Shown: positions 9,231 to 18,181, numbered from the stretch's first letter. The stretch: DNA of 32,000 bases from Candidatus Saccharimonadota bacterium (GCA_041661045.1 JBAZVE010000001.1:390001-422000); one strand, 5' to 3'. Notes: generated from the sequence alone by a model not told the origin. Translations and numbers: made by a program.

Positions 9231-9258
9231 TTGACTTATTTTATTTCTTTGTTATAAT
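9231..9258 (+). promoter_or_regulatory. strong sigma70-like promoter candidate
   Basis: TTGACT (9231-9236), 16-nt spacer, TATAAT (9253-9258), 38 nt upstream of ATG 9296. Confidence 0.55.
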
Positions 9259-9295
9259 AGCACTCTGTTCTAGCGCCCTACATTACCCTAATTAC

Positions 9296-10189
9296 ATGCT
9301 CGATTCTGCCGCAGATCGTCTTCCAGTCCAAGCTTCTCTTACTCTTAGTCCCGCTCTTCCTAACTTAAGATCCCTCAACCAATATCTTGGTGGTATGGTG
9401 TTTTTCCGTGAGTCAGAGGATGCCCCATTCACCCGTGGTCGTTTAACTCTGGAGCCCAGAAAGACTGGTGAGCTGGCGGGCGTAGCGGAAGGAGTGCTTG
9501 GTTCCCTGCAGGGTGCGGGTGTCATGCAATCTGCTCCAAAATCTAGAGTGGGAACTCCTCCACACATGTCTTATTCCATCACACCAATGGTGGGAGATGA
9601 CCCCTCCGTTCTAATCTCAGATTTGGGTGATTTTGGCAAACTGGAAATATGTGTTTATGACAATTCTCAGGAGCGCGATGAGAAGATGGTGAAGGAGATC
9701 GAAGGGCTAGCTTCCAGATTGGGTCTGAATCCTATCGGCTTTACGACGAAAGATGGGCGCTACTGGGTTGAACTACCTGGTGCTCCAGCCGGGGCACGGT
9801 TTTATGTGGAGTTCCATTCCCATTTTGTTCGCATTGGGTATGGTGGTGAGGACGCTAGATTTAATACATTGTCGGACCGCTTGATTAACCAGTGGGGCCC
9901 TAATAATGTCGAGCTCTCAGCGGGAGATGTGGGTGTTTCTAGTGGTCTTCGGCTATCAGAGTTGGAGTATGGACGGAATTTTACCATTGCTCAGGATGTG
10001 AGCGACCCATTGTCTCCCTCGAGTGTGCATTTACGCGCTGGAGATGTCGTCTGCTTACGAATGCTTGATGCTGATGACAAAGCTTACGATAGCTCTACCC
10101 CTCTGACTGAGTTGCTTGTAAATGACACTACAAGATTTGAATTGTCTGCCGAAGAGCTTTCGCGGATGATCGTGAAAACTCGGTTGTGA
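9296..10189 (+). CDS. hypothetical protein (297 aa)
   Basis: Long ATG ORF downstream of a near-consensus promoter. No recognisable motif. Confidence 0.6.
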   Translation: MLDSAADRLPVQASLTLSPALPNLRSLNQYLGGMVFFRESEDAPFTRGRLTLEPRKTGELAGVAEGVLGSLQGAGVMQSAPKSRVGTPPHMSYSITPMVGDDPSVLISDLGDFGKLEICVYDNSQERDEKMVKEIEGLASRLGLNPIGFTTKDGRYWVELPGAPAGARFYVEFHSHFVRIGYGGEDARFNTLSDRLINQWGPNNVELSAGDVGVSSGLRLSELEYGRNFTIAQDVSDPLSPSSVHLRAGDVVCLRMLDADDKAYDSSTPLTELLVNDTTRFELSAEELSRMIVKTRL

Positions 10190-10212
10190 TGGGACAGGCT
10201 GCGTTTAAGAAA

Positions 10213-11191
10213 CTAGCGCAAGTTTGAAAAAGCGTTTATTTCTGTTTCCACAGTCCCGTCCGGGTAAAACATGGCGACGGAACGAAGGGCATGGGGGTCG
10301 AAGGTGTGGTCTGCTGAAGAGCAAAACTTGTGGTCGCAGCCAAGCAGGGTGACTGGCCCTAAATTAGTCTGAATAGTCCTTAACCCTGCTGAGTTTCGAT
10401 CGTGGCCAAAGACGAAGGTGCGCACGCCGTTTTCGACGACCTCGTCCCAGATGCAATTTGTTTCCAGAGGGGTGGCCGCTCTCCTATTGTCAGCGCATGT
10501 TATCGCTTGCACCCCTGCGAGCCATCCTATGCGGTGATACTCCTCTGCAAAGGGCTTCTCCCCTTGTAAGACTTTACTCATGGCATCTCGGTGCTCCTCA
10601 TTTAGATGTGGATAGTTTATGGCATTCAATGTGCTTGGTGTCGGCGGCGTGTGTTGAAAAACCACCCCATCGATTCTATGGAACAGCTTCATGTCCCCAT
10701 ACAATTCACAGAGCGCCTGCCCTTCTTCACTCTCCCGTAGCCGTTTTAAGTAGTCCGTGTCCGCTTTTCGTGCGGCAAAAAACTGGTCTATGTCCAGGGT
10801 GCTTGGAGCGAGCTCCAAGAATCGTCCCAGTTCAAAAATCCCTCTTATGCTTTGTTTGTGGATTTGCTTCAGATTTCCCCCAAGACCGTTGGTTATAAAA
10901 TTGACCCCCTCGTGGTCGTGATTCCCCAAAATCGTCGTCAGCGTTCCCCCGTTCTCCTGAATTTGTCTCCTGAGATCCCGAACGAACATGGCGATGTCGA
11001 AGTCATCTTCGTAACGATCTGCGGTCAAATCCCCCCAAGAGGATGAGATCAGTGTCTTTTAAGGTCCACCTGTGGAGAGGGTCCACTGCTCTGAGCGCCC
11101 TGAGATCGGACTTTAGGGCGGGGAGGAAACCGTGGACATCTGCCACCACAGCGGTGGGGGTGGAAATTCCGTGGCCAATTTGAGTCCTCAT
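10213..11191 (-). pseudogene. calcineurin-like metallophosphoesterase interrupted by a +1 frameshift in a G6 (plus-strand C6) run
   Basis: The 62-aa ORF carries VVADVHG and ...DLILLG. The 271-aa ORF carries ILGNHDHEG, VVFQHTPP and FVFGHDRN. Removing one G at 11031-11036 gives LILLGDLTADRYEDD, restoring the canonical GDxxDR motif. Confidence 0.75.
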
Positions 11192-11265
11192 GTTTGTGCT
11201 CTTTGCCGTTAAGGTCTAAACTGTCTTTGTTTTTCCGTACTTTAGATCTAAAATATTTTTTGTCA

Positions 11266-12123
11266 ATGGAGTTGAGGGAAGATCACAATTTGGCCCCGTA
11301 TTGCACCTTTCAAATTGGAGGGCCGGCGGATTTTTTTGTGGAGGCGCGGGGGAGCGAGGAGGTTTTGGAGGCGCTGAACTGGGCGGAGGAGCGGGATCTG
11401 CCGGTTTTTGTGTTTGGCGGGGGGAGCAATTTGCTTTTTGATGATGGGGGTTTCCGCGGGCTGGTGATTCGGATGAGGTTGGCGGGAGTGGAAGTACGGG
11501 GGGAGGAGGTTTGGGCGGAGGCGGGAGTGATGATGGCGAAGGTGGTTTTGGCTGCGGCGGAGGCGGGGCTCACGGGTCTGGAAGCGTGGAATGGTTTACC
11601 GGGAACGGTGGGGGGCGCGGTGTTTGGGAATGCGGGATGCTTTGGGGTGGAGGCTAAAGATGTTCTGGAGAGTGCAGAGGTTTGGATGCCGGGCGAGGGG
11701 GTGAAAACGGTTGGCGTGGAATTTTTTGAGTATGATTATCGATGGTCGCGGCTCAAGAAAGAAGGCGGGGTGGTTTTGAGTGCAAGCTTTAAATTGCAGA
11801 GGGGAGAGCGAGGGGAAATTTTGGAGAAAATGAAGGAAATTGCGCGAAGTCGGATTTCAAAACAGCCGCCGGGGAGCAGCACGGGATCGTTCTTTAAGAA
11901 TCCTCCGGGGGACCATGCGGGGAGACTCATTGAGGCCGCGGGCCTTAAGGGAAAGTGGCTTGGGAAAGCGCGAATTTCGGATCAGCATGCGAATTTTTTC
12001 CTGAATGCGGGGGGAGCGACAGCGGCGGATATTTTAAATTTGGCCGCTTTGGTGGAAAAGACCGTTTTTGAAAAATTTGGAATACGGCTGGAGCGGGAAG
12101 TGGTGTTTGTGCCTTCGGAATGA
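11266..12123 (+). CDS. murB: UDP-N-acetylenolpyruvoylglucosamine reductase
   Basis: MELREDHNLAPYCTFQIGGPADFFVEARGSEEVLEAL...PVFVFGGGSNLLFDDGGFRGLVIRM and the C-terminal SSTGSFFKNPPG...KISDQHANFFLN are MurB hallmarks. ATG 11266 preferred over the longer upstream start. Confidence 0.9.
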   Translation: MELREDHNLAPYCTFQIGGPADFFVEARGSEEVLEALNWAEERDLPVFVFGGGSNLLFDDGGFRGLVIRMRLAGVEVRGEEVWAEAGVMMAKVVLAAAEAGLTGLEAWNGLPGTVGGAVFGNAGCFGVEAKDVLESAEVWMPGEGVKTVGVEFFEYDYRWSRLKKEGGVVLSASFKLQRGERGEILEKMKEIARSRISKQPPGSSTGSFFKNPPGDHAGRLIEAAGLKGKWLGKARISDQHANFFLNAGGATAADILNLAALVEKTVFEKFGIRLEREVVFVPSE

Positions 12124-12188
12124 AGGTGAAACTTGCACGCGGGCTAAAAAACTGCTTAAATGGCGAAGAAATGCACTAACCCCACGCT

Positions 12189-12626
12189 ATGCAAGTCAAA
12201 GCACTCATTCAATCCCCCATTGTCCGCGAAGTTCTTATTTTTGCCGGACTCCTGGGCGCTGCTCTTTTGGTTTCTCAACTCCTGCCCGGCATGAGTTTTG
12301 CAAACGGTTTTATTGATGACTCCGACAACCTCGACATCGTTGGTGATGCCACCAATAATGAAGGAGATCTTAAGGAGCTCATCAAAGATATTCTCAATTA
12401 CTTCCTTGGATTCTTGGGCTTTGTGGCTACCGTGATGGTGATTTACGGCGGTGTGCTCTACATTACAGATGGAGGAAGCGACGAAAATGTTGGTAAGGCT
12501 AAAAAGATTTTGATGTATGCCGCCATTGGTATCATCCTCATCTTGATCTCCTTCGCACTGGTCAACACCATCTTGGGTGCCGGACTTGGTGGAGGCGCAA
12601 GCACAAGTACCACAACCGTGAACTGA
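12189..12626 (+). CDS. T4SS-pilin-like (TrbC/VirB2-like) small secreted membrane protein
   Basis: Signal peptide followed by two TM helices separated by a short charged loop (VMVIYGGVLYITDGGSDENVGKAKKILMYAAIGIILILISFALVNTILG). This architecture is typical of the CPR-abundant pilin family. Confidence 0.6.
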   Translation: MQVKALIQSPIVREVLIFAGLLGAALLVSQLLPGMSFANGFIDDSDNLDIVGDATNNEGDLKELIKDILNYFLGFLGFVATVMVIYGGVLYITDGGSDENVGKAKKILMYAAIGIILILISFALVNTILGAGLGGGASTSTTTVN

Positions 12627-12637
12627 GTTTTAAACAA

Positions 12638-13147
12638 TTAAGTAAGAGCCGGGACTTGAATTTTCCCGGCTTTTTCTTTTTCCTCCGGTTCCACCGTGAG
12701 CACAATGGCTTTTTCGGTGACCGCCGAGATGTCGCTGTAGTCAAATGTCCGCTTGTCCCATTCCATCCACAGAAATTTTTTAGAAACCTCAATGGAGAGG
12801 AGAAAGCTGGTGTTCGTGTCCAAGCAAAAATCGCGCACGCGGCCCAAGCTCTGCCCATTTTTTGCCAGCACGCGCTTGTTGTTCAAAAAGGTCCGGCGCA
12901 AACCAAATTCTTGAATGCGTAAAATTTCCAGGGGAGTCGTGAACGCTTCGGGCCCACTCACTCGTATGTAGTCTTTATTCCACTGCTCGATGTCCACCGG
13001 CACTACCATTTTGGAATAACCAAGCAAGAGCCCAATGATTTGCCCCGTTTCCGGATGCATAAAAACGCCCGTCACAAAGCCAAAAGGCCTATCTTCTTCC
13101 GAAGAAATCACGGCAAGCCCGTCGAGTTGGGACCAGTGGAGCTTCAT
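12638..13147 (-). CDS. PRC-barrel domain protein (two repeats)
   Basis: LDGLAVISSEEDRPFGFVTGVFMHPETGQIIGLLLG and NKRVLAKNGQSLGRVRDFCLDTNTSFLLSIEVS resemble PRC-barrel segments. Confidence 0.55.
   Translation of the reverse strand: MKLHWSQLDGLAVISSEEDRPFGFVTGVFMHPETGQIIGLLLGYSKMVVPVDIEQWNKDYIRVSGPEAFTTPLEILRIQEFGLRRTFLNNKRVLAKNGQSLGRVRDFCLDTNTSFLLSIEVSKKFLWMEWDKRTFDYSDISAVTEKAIVLTVEPEEKEKAGKIQVPALT
12647..12680 (+). terminator. rho-independent terminator of the pilin-like gene
   Basis: 8-bp stem AGCCGGGA/TCCCGGCT (12647-12654 / 12664-12671) followed by TTTTCTTTTT. Embedded in the 3' end of the convergent PRC-barrel ORF. Confidence 0.6.
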
Positions 13148-13197
13148 CGAGGAACATTATACTTTCGGACCCTTGAAAAACAAAGGGCGAAACACCC

Positions 13198-13226
13198 TTG
13201 TCGCTGAGGCTGTTTCATGGTACAAT
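13198..13226 (+). promoter_or_regulatory. extended -10 promoter candidate
   Basis: TTGTCG (13198-13203), 17-nt spacer, TGgTACAAT (-10 at 13221-13226), 15 nt upstream of ATG 13242. Confidence 0.5.
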
Positions 13227-13241
13227 TATTGGATTTAATTT

Positions 13242-13547
13242 ATGCCAATGGGACTCAGCGCTAACGATGTCATCGCTCTCGCACAAGAAACCAAAGCCCT
13301 TTCCAAAGAGCAGTTGGAGCGCATTTTAGAGGTGGCTCCCACCATGAGCGCCGCGGATTTGGAAGAACTCAAAAAAATGATCCTGGCCGTGCAAGCTGCC
13401 GAAATTGAAGGTATGAAAAAAGAACTCGAACTTCGTCAAAAAGTCGCCGCCGCCTACTCCGAGTGGCAGGCCGACAAAGCCCGCGCCACCCTCCAAACCC
13501 AAGAGGGTGCCGTCGCTCGCGAAGACCAAGCTCAATTTGAAATATGA
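13242..13547 (+). CDS. hypothetical coiled-coil protein (101 aa)
   Basis: ATG ORF, helical and rich in E/K/A. Its stop overlaps the next start (ATGA at 13544-13547). Confidence 0.55.
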   Translation: MPMGLSANDVIALAQETKALSKEQLERILEVAPTMSAADLEELKKMILAVQAAEIEGMKKELELRQKVAAAYSEWQADKARATLQTQEGAVAREDQAQFEI

Positions 13548-15241
13548 GTTACGCCGGTGCTGGTGGATTTGTCTCTCCTGAGGCTTATCATGATTTCGTT
13601 CCCATGCAACGACTCGCTTCGGACTTGAAAGAACTTTCAGGCAAAAATTACCCTCCTGAATTTCTTAAAAAGTTTACCGAAGAGAATCCTGAGGTTTCTG
13701 CTGCGCTACAAAAGATTGTAGCGTCACAAAAAGAGAACCGAACCGCTGACCCTGCTTTGGCCGAGGCCTTAAAGGTTTTGGATGGAGATTTGGATTTTGT
13801 CCAACTCCAAAAATACAATGCCATTCTTAAGGATGTCGGTTTTACTGAAGGAGGCTTGGTTGAGGTTTTTAACGGTAGGGTTCTTATCACCATACCTTGT
13901 GATGTTGGTGGACCCTTTAAAATCTCGTCCATGGGTTCCCATGGCTGGTTATTGGATGGAGTGTCTTACACTGCAGATCGTGATAATTTGGCTTTATTAA
14001 CACAGGCGCTTATTGATGCAAAGTCACTCAAATTCACTTTAGAGAAGGCAAGGGAAAAGCGTTTGCCACAAACCGAGGTTTTATTTGAGAAGGCCATGTT
14101 GCCCAAAGCGCGCCTGTGGGCTTCTGTCGTTGTAAATCCAATCTTTGCTTTGGAACGCGCGGTCCAGAGGGGGTTTTCACTACGCCCTGATGCTCCAGAG
14201 CGTTTACGCGCTATGGGACAAAAGCGTTGGATCAATAGCTTTTCGGGCGGAGCCGGTTCTTCCTCAGAGGTCTCGTCTGACGAACCTCAAGCGACAGAGG
14301 GAGTGGCTCGAACAGGAGCGTCAAGTGTGGAACGGAAAGAAGTCCGACAAGAGGAAGCAGCCTTTGCGGCGAAAATGCAGGGGGAGGGGTGGAAAAAGTA
14401 TGCGACTTTAACGGATAATGCTGAAGAAGGTGGGAGTATTGTTGTGAAACTTCCTACCGACAAAAATGAGCCTAACTACTCTGACTATACAAACAGCCGT
14501 ATTCACGACTTTTTTGGTGGCAAATCACCGGTCAAGGTGCTCTCGGCTTCAGAGATGGAGACCTACGATATTACTGTGAATAGTAAACCTGTTGAATGGG
14601 GCCCTGATACAGACTACCCAGATGGAACTTGGCTTGATGCAAGCACCAAAACTCGGGTTTGGGCAGAGAATGGGACCAAGATTGAATGGAAGAAAAAGGG
14701 TCTTGTAAGTGCGGAAGCTCCGGCGGCTGCAGCAGGAGGGGCAGTGGCTGCAAATGCTCCTACAAAGGTTGAGTTTTTGGATGATGGAGGTGCAGATGCC
14801 TCTGCAGAAAAAATTCGGGAACGGATGGAAAAGTCCTTTTCTTATTTGACGCGGACAGATGGAGTTTTGACACAGAAAGCTACGGCCTTGAAAGCAGTTA
14901 AAGAGAAAATCGGGAAAAAATCTCTTTTTAGGACTGCAAGTAAGGCTGAAGATCTTGATTTGGAGGCACTTACCTTGGAGAGAGACATTCGACTGCTTAA
15001 AGATGACCGGGCTAGGGTCATTGCCTTTGTTAGAGAACAAACAAACACTCCTCTCTACGCCACTTTGGCCGGGAATGTGGCCTTGGCGGATTTGAGCAGA
15101 TGGGGACTGGAAAATCCACACGAAGTAACCGAAGTCATGATCGCCTCAACCACTCCTGAGGCTCCCACTAAAGTAGAGATTGGCACCGGGCCAGCCGTGC
15201 TTGCTTCGAATGATACGGCATCGGCTTCTACTGATGCCTGA
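13544..15241 (+). CDS. hypothetical protein (565 aa)
   Basis: Long ORF translationally coupled to the 101-aa gene. No recognisable motif. Confidence 0.6.
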   Translation: MSYAGAGGFVSPEAYHDFVPMQRLASDLKELSGKNYPPEFLKKFTEENPEVSAALQKIVASQKENRTADPALAEALKVLDGDLDFVQLQKYNAILKDVGFTEGGLVEVFNGRVLITIPCDVGGPFKISSMGSHGWLLDGVSYTADRDNLALLTQALIDAKSLKFTLEKAREKRLPQTEVLFEKAMLPKARLWASVVVNPIFALERAVQRGFSLRPDAPERLRAMGQKRWINSFSGGAGSSSEVSSDEPQATEGVARTGASSVERKEVRQEEAAFAAKMQGEGWKKYATLTDNAEEGGSIVVKLPTDKNEPNYSDYTNSRIHDFFGGKSPVKVLSASEMETYDITVNSKPVEWGPDTDYPDGTWLDASTKTRVWAENGTKIEWKKKGLVSAEAPAAAAGGAVAANAPTKVEFLDDGGADASAEKIRERMEKSFSYLTRTDGVLTQKATALKAVKEKIGKKSLFRTASKAEDLDLEALTLERDIRLLKDDRARVIAFVREQTNTPLYATLAGNVALADLSRWGLENPHEVTEVMIASTTPEAPTKVEIGTGPAVLASNDTASASTDA

Positions 15242-15256
15242 AGCTTTGCTCGTTAA

Positions 15257-15278
15257 CTGTGCGCACGCACAGATTTTG
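15257..15278 (+). terminator. rho-independent terminator candidate
   Basis: Stem CTGTGC/GCACAG with loop GCAC, then ATTTT. A second small hairpin GGCTT-AAGA-AAGCC followed by a T-rich tract sits at about 15290-15315. Confidence 0.5.
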
Positions 15279-15363
15279 CTTCGATTTGTGGCTTAAGAAA
15301 GCCGTTTAATTTTTGGGAATGGCTCAATGGGCGCTGTTTGTGCTTGTAAGTTTCTCGGCGAGA

Positions 15364-15392
15364 TTGACCCGGGCGGGAGTTTTGCTTATACT
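15364..15392 (+). promoter_or_regulatory. promoter candidate for tRNA-Pro
   Basis: TTGACC (15364-15369), 17-nt spacer, TATACT (15387-15392), 27 nt upstream of the tRNA. Confidence 0.55.
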
Positions 15393-15418
15393 CCGCTTTG
15401 CTCTTAGGAGCTTAGCGT

Positions 15419-15495
15419 CGGGGTATAGCAAAGTTGGCTATTGCGCTCGGTTTGGGACCGAGAGGCCGCAGGTTCGAGTCCTGCTACCCCGACCA
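15419..15495 (+). tRNA. tRNA-Pro (anticodon UGG), CCA encoded
   Basis: Cloverleaf read by eye: acceptor CGGGGTA/TACCCCG, D stem GCAA/TTGC, anticodon stem CTCGG/CCGAG with loop TTTGGGA, T arm GCAGG-TTCGAGT-CCTGC, discriminator A plus CCA. 77 nt. Confidence 0.93.
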
Positions 15496-17087
15496 TTTAG
15501 GACTTTTGCATGTTCTTCAAACTCCTTGAATGGAGAATTTAGGCTGTACGAAGCCACTTTCTTTTCTTTCACGGTGAAGTTCGAGAAGAGTTTTTTGATT
15601 AAGTAGTCTTTCTTTTCTAAAACTTTCTCATTTCGCAACCGTAAGCCAAAATCTTTGAAAAGTTCTACAAATTGATCGTAACTTAAAACCTCGGCGTTTT
15701 GCTTTTTCTTTTTCTCTTGGAGAGTTGCGAGCTGGGACTCTAACCCCTCCTGTTGCGTTAAGAGCTTGGCTATTTCCGATTGGTAAAATTCTCTCACCAA
15801 CTTGTCTTTTACTTCTTCCGCCATATTCATTCTGCTTTGAATGCGCCCGCTCAATTGTTTGAGACTTTGGCGTGTTGACTGCTCTTGGGAAGTCAACTCC
15901 TCAACTGTTTTCCTATTCACCCTATGCATTTCTTTTTGATAGTGCTGATAAATTTTTGCCGAGGTGAAATCATGCTGATCAAGAAATGTATCTACAAAAT
16001 CTGTGATGATATGTGCGCGCACGGATTTGTTATGAAACGAACATTTAGGAGTTGTGCATCGGTAGAAAAAATACCGTTTGTCAGCTTTGACCTTGTGGGT
16101 TATATTCGGCACCATCTTTTTTTCACAATGACCGCAGTAAACAAGGCCTCTTAGAAAGTCAGCATGAACCGACCCTTCTTTGAGGTATCGCCCTCTTAAA
16201 CGGAAGCTACGCTCCACCTTTTGCATCTCATTTAACCGTATGAACTCTTCGGGTGTAATCATCGGGCAAAACCCACTTGCTTCTACAAGGTTAATGACCC
16301 TATCCCCGTAGCGGAGTATCCCCGCATAAATCGGGTCTTTTATAAACTCGGAGACTCTTTTCTTATTCATCGTATAAAGCTCATCCCCTCGTAATGTCGA
16401 TTTTTTGTAATGATTCTGATTTAGGTATTCGGCTATCTCATCAAGGGACTTTGCATCTAAACGCATTTTTAATGCATTTTGGATTAGGTCAAAATTGGTT
16501 CCGTTGGGATGCAGCTCTTGATTTTCATCTTTACGGTATCCATGCTTATTTCTCCCCAAATACTTTCCTTCGTTGGAACTTCTGTTAACACCTCGCAGTA
16601 CGCTCTGACTCAACGCCTCTGAATACTGTTTAGCAATTACGAATGCAATACCCAGCATAACCTTGCCAGAGACGCTATTCTCAAAGTTAAATGCTACAAA
16701 TTTCAAATCTCTGATCACCCCCTTGTCTAGAAGATCAATTACCTCTCCCGCATCTTTCATGTTTCTGGAGAGCCGATCAGGATGCCAAGCTAAAATTGCA
16801 TCGTATTTCCCAGCTTTAATGTCTGCAATCATCTGATTGAACTTTGGCCGTGATTCTGAATTCTTGGCCGAAGCCGCTTCTTGAATTTCTTCTACTACGT
16901 TAAGACCCAGTTTTCTTTGCAAGATACGGGCTTCATCCACTTGATCACCAATTGAACGCACCTGCTCACCATCTTCTTCTCTGGACTTGCGGGCATACAA
17001 TACATAGCGTGGAGGTTTTTCCTCTACCCCTTCTGATTCTGGAGTCACAAAACTTTTTAAGAACCGTTCAAAATCTTTTAATTCCAT
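15438..17087 (-). CDS. large serine recombinase (integrase)
   Basis: N-terminal resolvase domain (YVLYARKSREEDGEQVRSIGDQ...HPDRLSRN). Central recombinase domain. Zinc ribbon CGHC...YRCTTPKC. C-terminal coiled coil. The last 19 codons are antisense to tRNA-Pro. Confidence 0.9.
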   Translation of the reverse strand: MELKDFERFLKSFVTPESEGVEEKPPRYVLYARKSREEDGEQVRSIGDQVDEARILQRKLGLNVVEEIQEAASAKNSESRPKFNQMIADIKAGKYDAILAWHPDRLSRNMKDAGEVIDLLDKGVIRDLKFVAFNFENSVSGKVMLGIAFVIAKQYSEALSQSVLRGVNRSSNEGKYLGRNKHGYRKDENQELHPNGTNFDLIQNALKMRLDAKSLDEIAEYLNQNHYKKSTLRGDELYTMNKKRVSEFIKDPIYAGILRYGDRVINLVEASGFCPMITPEEFIRLNEMQKVERSFRLRGRYLKEGSVHADFLRGLVYCGHCEKKMVPNITHKVKADKRYFFYRCTTPKCSFHNKSVRAHIITDFVDTFLDQHDFTSAKIYQHYQKEMHRVNRKTVEELTSQEQSTRQSLKQLSGRIQSRMNMAEEVKDKLVREFYQSEIAKLLTQQEGLESQLATLQEKKKKQNAEVLSYDQFVELFKDFGLRLRNEKVLEKKDYLIKKLFSNFTVKEKKVASYSLNSPFKEFEEHAKVLNGRGSRTRTCGLSVPNRAQ

Positions 17088-17125
17088 GCCTTTATATTAT
17101 TCCACTGCCTCGCATACGGAAATGT

Positions 17126-17566
17126 TCATATTTGTTTACGTTCTTCACTTTGCCTGACTGCTTGAATGATACTGATGTTCACTGGATAGGTTGGCATCGT
17201 TGGTTCTTGAAACTTTGGATTAAACATACCGATATGTTTTCCAAGTAGTTCTAAGGCCTTCAATGCTCCGTAGGCATCTATCGTCCACTGTTCGGCACTT
17301 CTTCCCACTGTCTTTCTTTCAAGGCATTTTAGGACGATTTCTTTGAGATTTTCGATGATATAAGTTTCGTCGTAAAGAGCTTGGCGTTTCCTCGCTTCAA
17401 AATGTTTCTTTAGACCTGTTTGAATATATGGGTCGTCCATGAGTAGAGAGCCACGGGTTCTTGCTCCATTTTCGCTATAGCCTGCCCGTACAGCGGCTTT
17501 GGCTTGGTTGAAGTCTTTTAGATACTCTTCTACGAAAAGCTCTTTTCTGACTGTGGTCGTGCTCAT
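17126..17566 (-). CDS. phage terminase small subunit (Terminase_2-like)
   Basis: RKELFVEEYLKDFNQAKAAVRAGYSENGARTRGSLLMDDPYIQ matches the characteristic TerS N-terminus (F..EYL.d.Na..AA.rAGYS...A). Confidence 0.85.
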   Translation of the reverse strand: MSTTTVRKELFVEEYLKDFNQAKAAVRAGYSENGARTRGSLLMDDPYIQTGLKKHFEARKRQALYDETYIIENLKEIVLKCLERKTVGRSAEQWTIDAYGALKALELLGKHIGMFNPKFQEPTMPTYPVNISIIQAVRQSEERKQI

Positions 17567-17616
17567 AACAGTGTCGGTAAAATCACTGATATTTTACGCT
17601 TCTGAACTGGGAAAGT

Positions 17617-18144
17617 TTACTCCGTCTGTATGTCCACATACTCCCAAGCTCCAAAATCGGACGGGTCTCCACCTAAGAAACGGAGTTGTATTGTGTAGTA
17701 AGTCCGAATCATTGCCCCAAAGCCATTTTGTGAGTCCACATAGGAGTAAATCGTATAAACATCTGCCTCCTTACTCACCGTGTAGGGGTCGTCAAACATG
17801 GTTGAAGGGAACTCTGCTGTGGTTGGAGATTTGAGCGTAGCCTCCACAAAGTGTTTGGCCATTAAGTAAGCCTCAAAGTCCGATGCCTCTGTTCTGAATT
17901 CTGGTGTGCTACTTGGTTGATTTACTCCCATTTCATCAAGAGCCTGTCCAAGCATGCCTAGAAAGAAAATAACCAGAAAGATCACGAGAGGGACGGCACA
18001 GCAGTTGGAAATACTTTGCTTTTGTCCACAGTGTGAACACTTGGTGGCCTTCTTTGGTATCTCTTGAAGACAAGCCTTACAAGTTTTCTTTGTTTCGTGG
18101 GTAGTCATGGGATAGGGAAATAGATTTGCCTCACTATATCCCAT
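17617..18144 (-). CDS. zinc-ribbon, single-pass membrane protein with extracytoplasmic domain
   Basis: CKACLQEIPKKATKCSHCGQ zinc ribbon, then TM CCAVPLVIFLVIFFLGML, then C-terminal KSPTTAEFP...YVDSQNGFGAMIRTYY domain. Confidence 0.6.
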   Translation of the reverse strand: MGYSEANLFPYPMTTHETKKTCKACLQEIPKKATKCSHCGQKQSISNCCAVPLVIFLVIFFLGMLGQALDEMGVNQPSSTPEFRTEASDFEAYLMAKHFVEATLKSPTTAEFPSTMFDDPYTVSKEADVYTIYSYVDSQNGFGAMIRTYYTIQLRFLGGDPSDFGAWEYVDIQTE

Positions 18145-18181
18145 TTTGGGTTATCCGAAAAAGGGATTTAGCATTCTTTCC

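Noticed and set aside
9228-9247. 11-nt identity (acttattttat) between the 9231 promoter region and the reverse complement of the conserved repeat
   Set aside because: Only 14/20 positions match over the extended region, and the sequence is AT-rich. It does not qualify as a fifth copy.
14549-15121. 190-aa minus-strand ORF
   Set aside because: It is antisense to the 565-aa ORF and has a Cys/Ser/Phe-rich low-plausibility composition.
15313-15606. 97-aa plus-strand ORF
   Set aside because: It spans the tRNA-Pro gene and its promoter, so it is a spurious ORF over an RNA gene.
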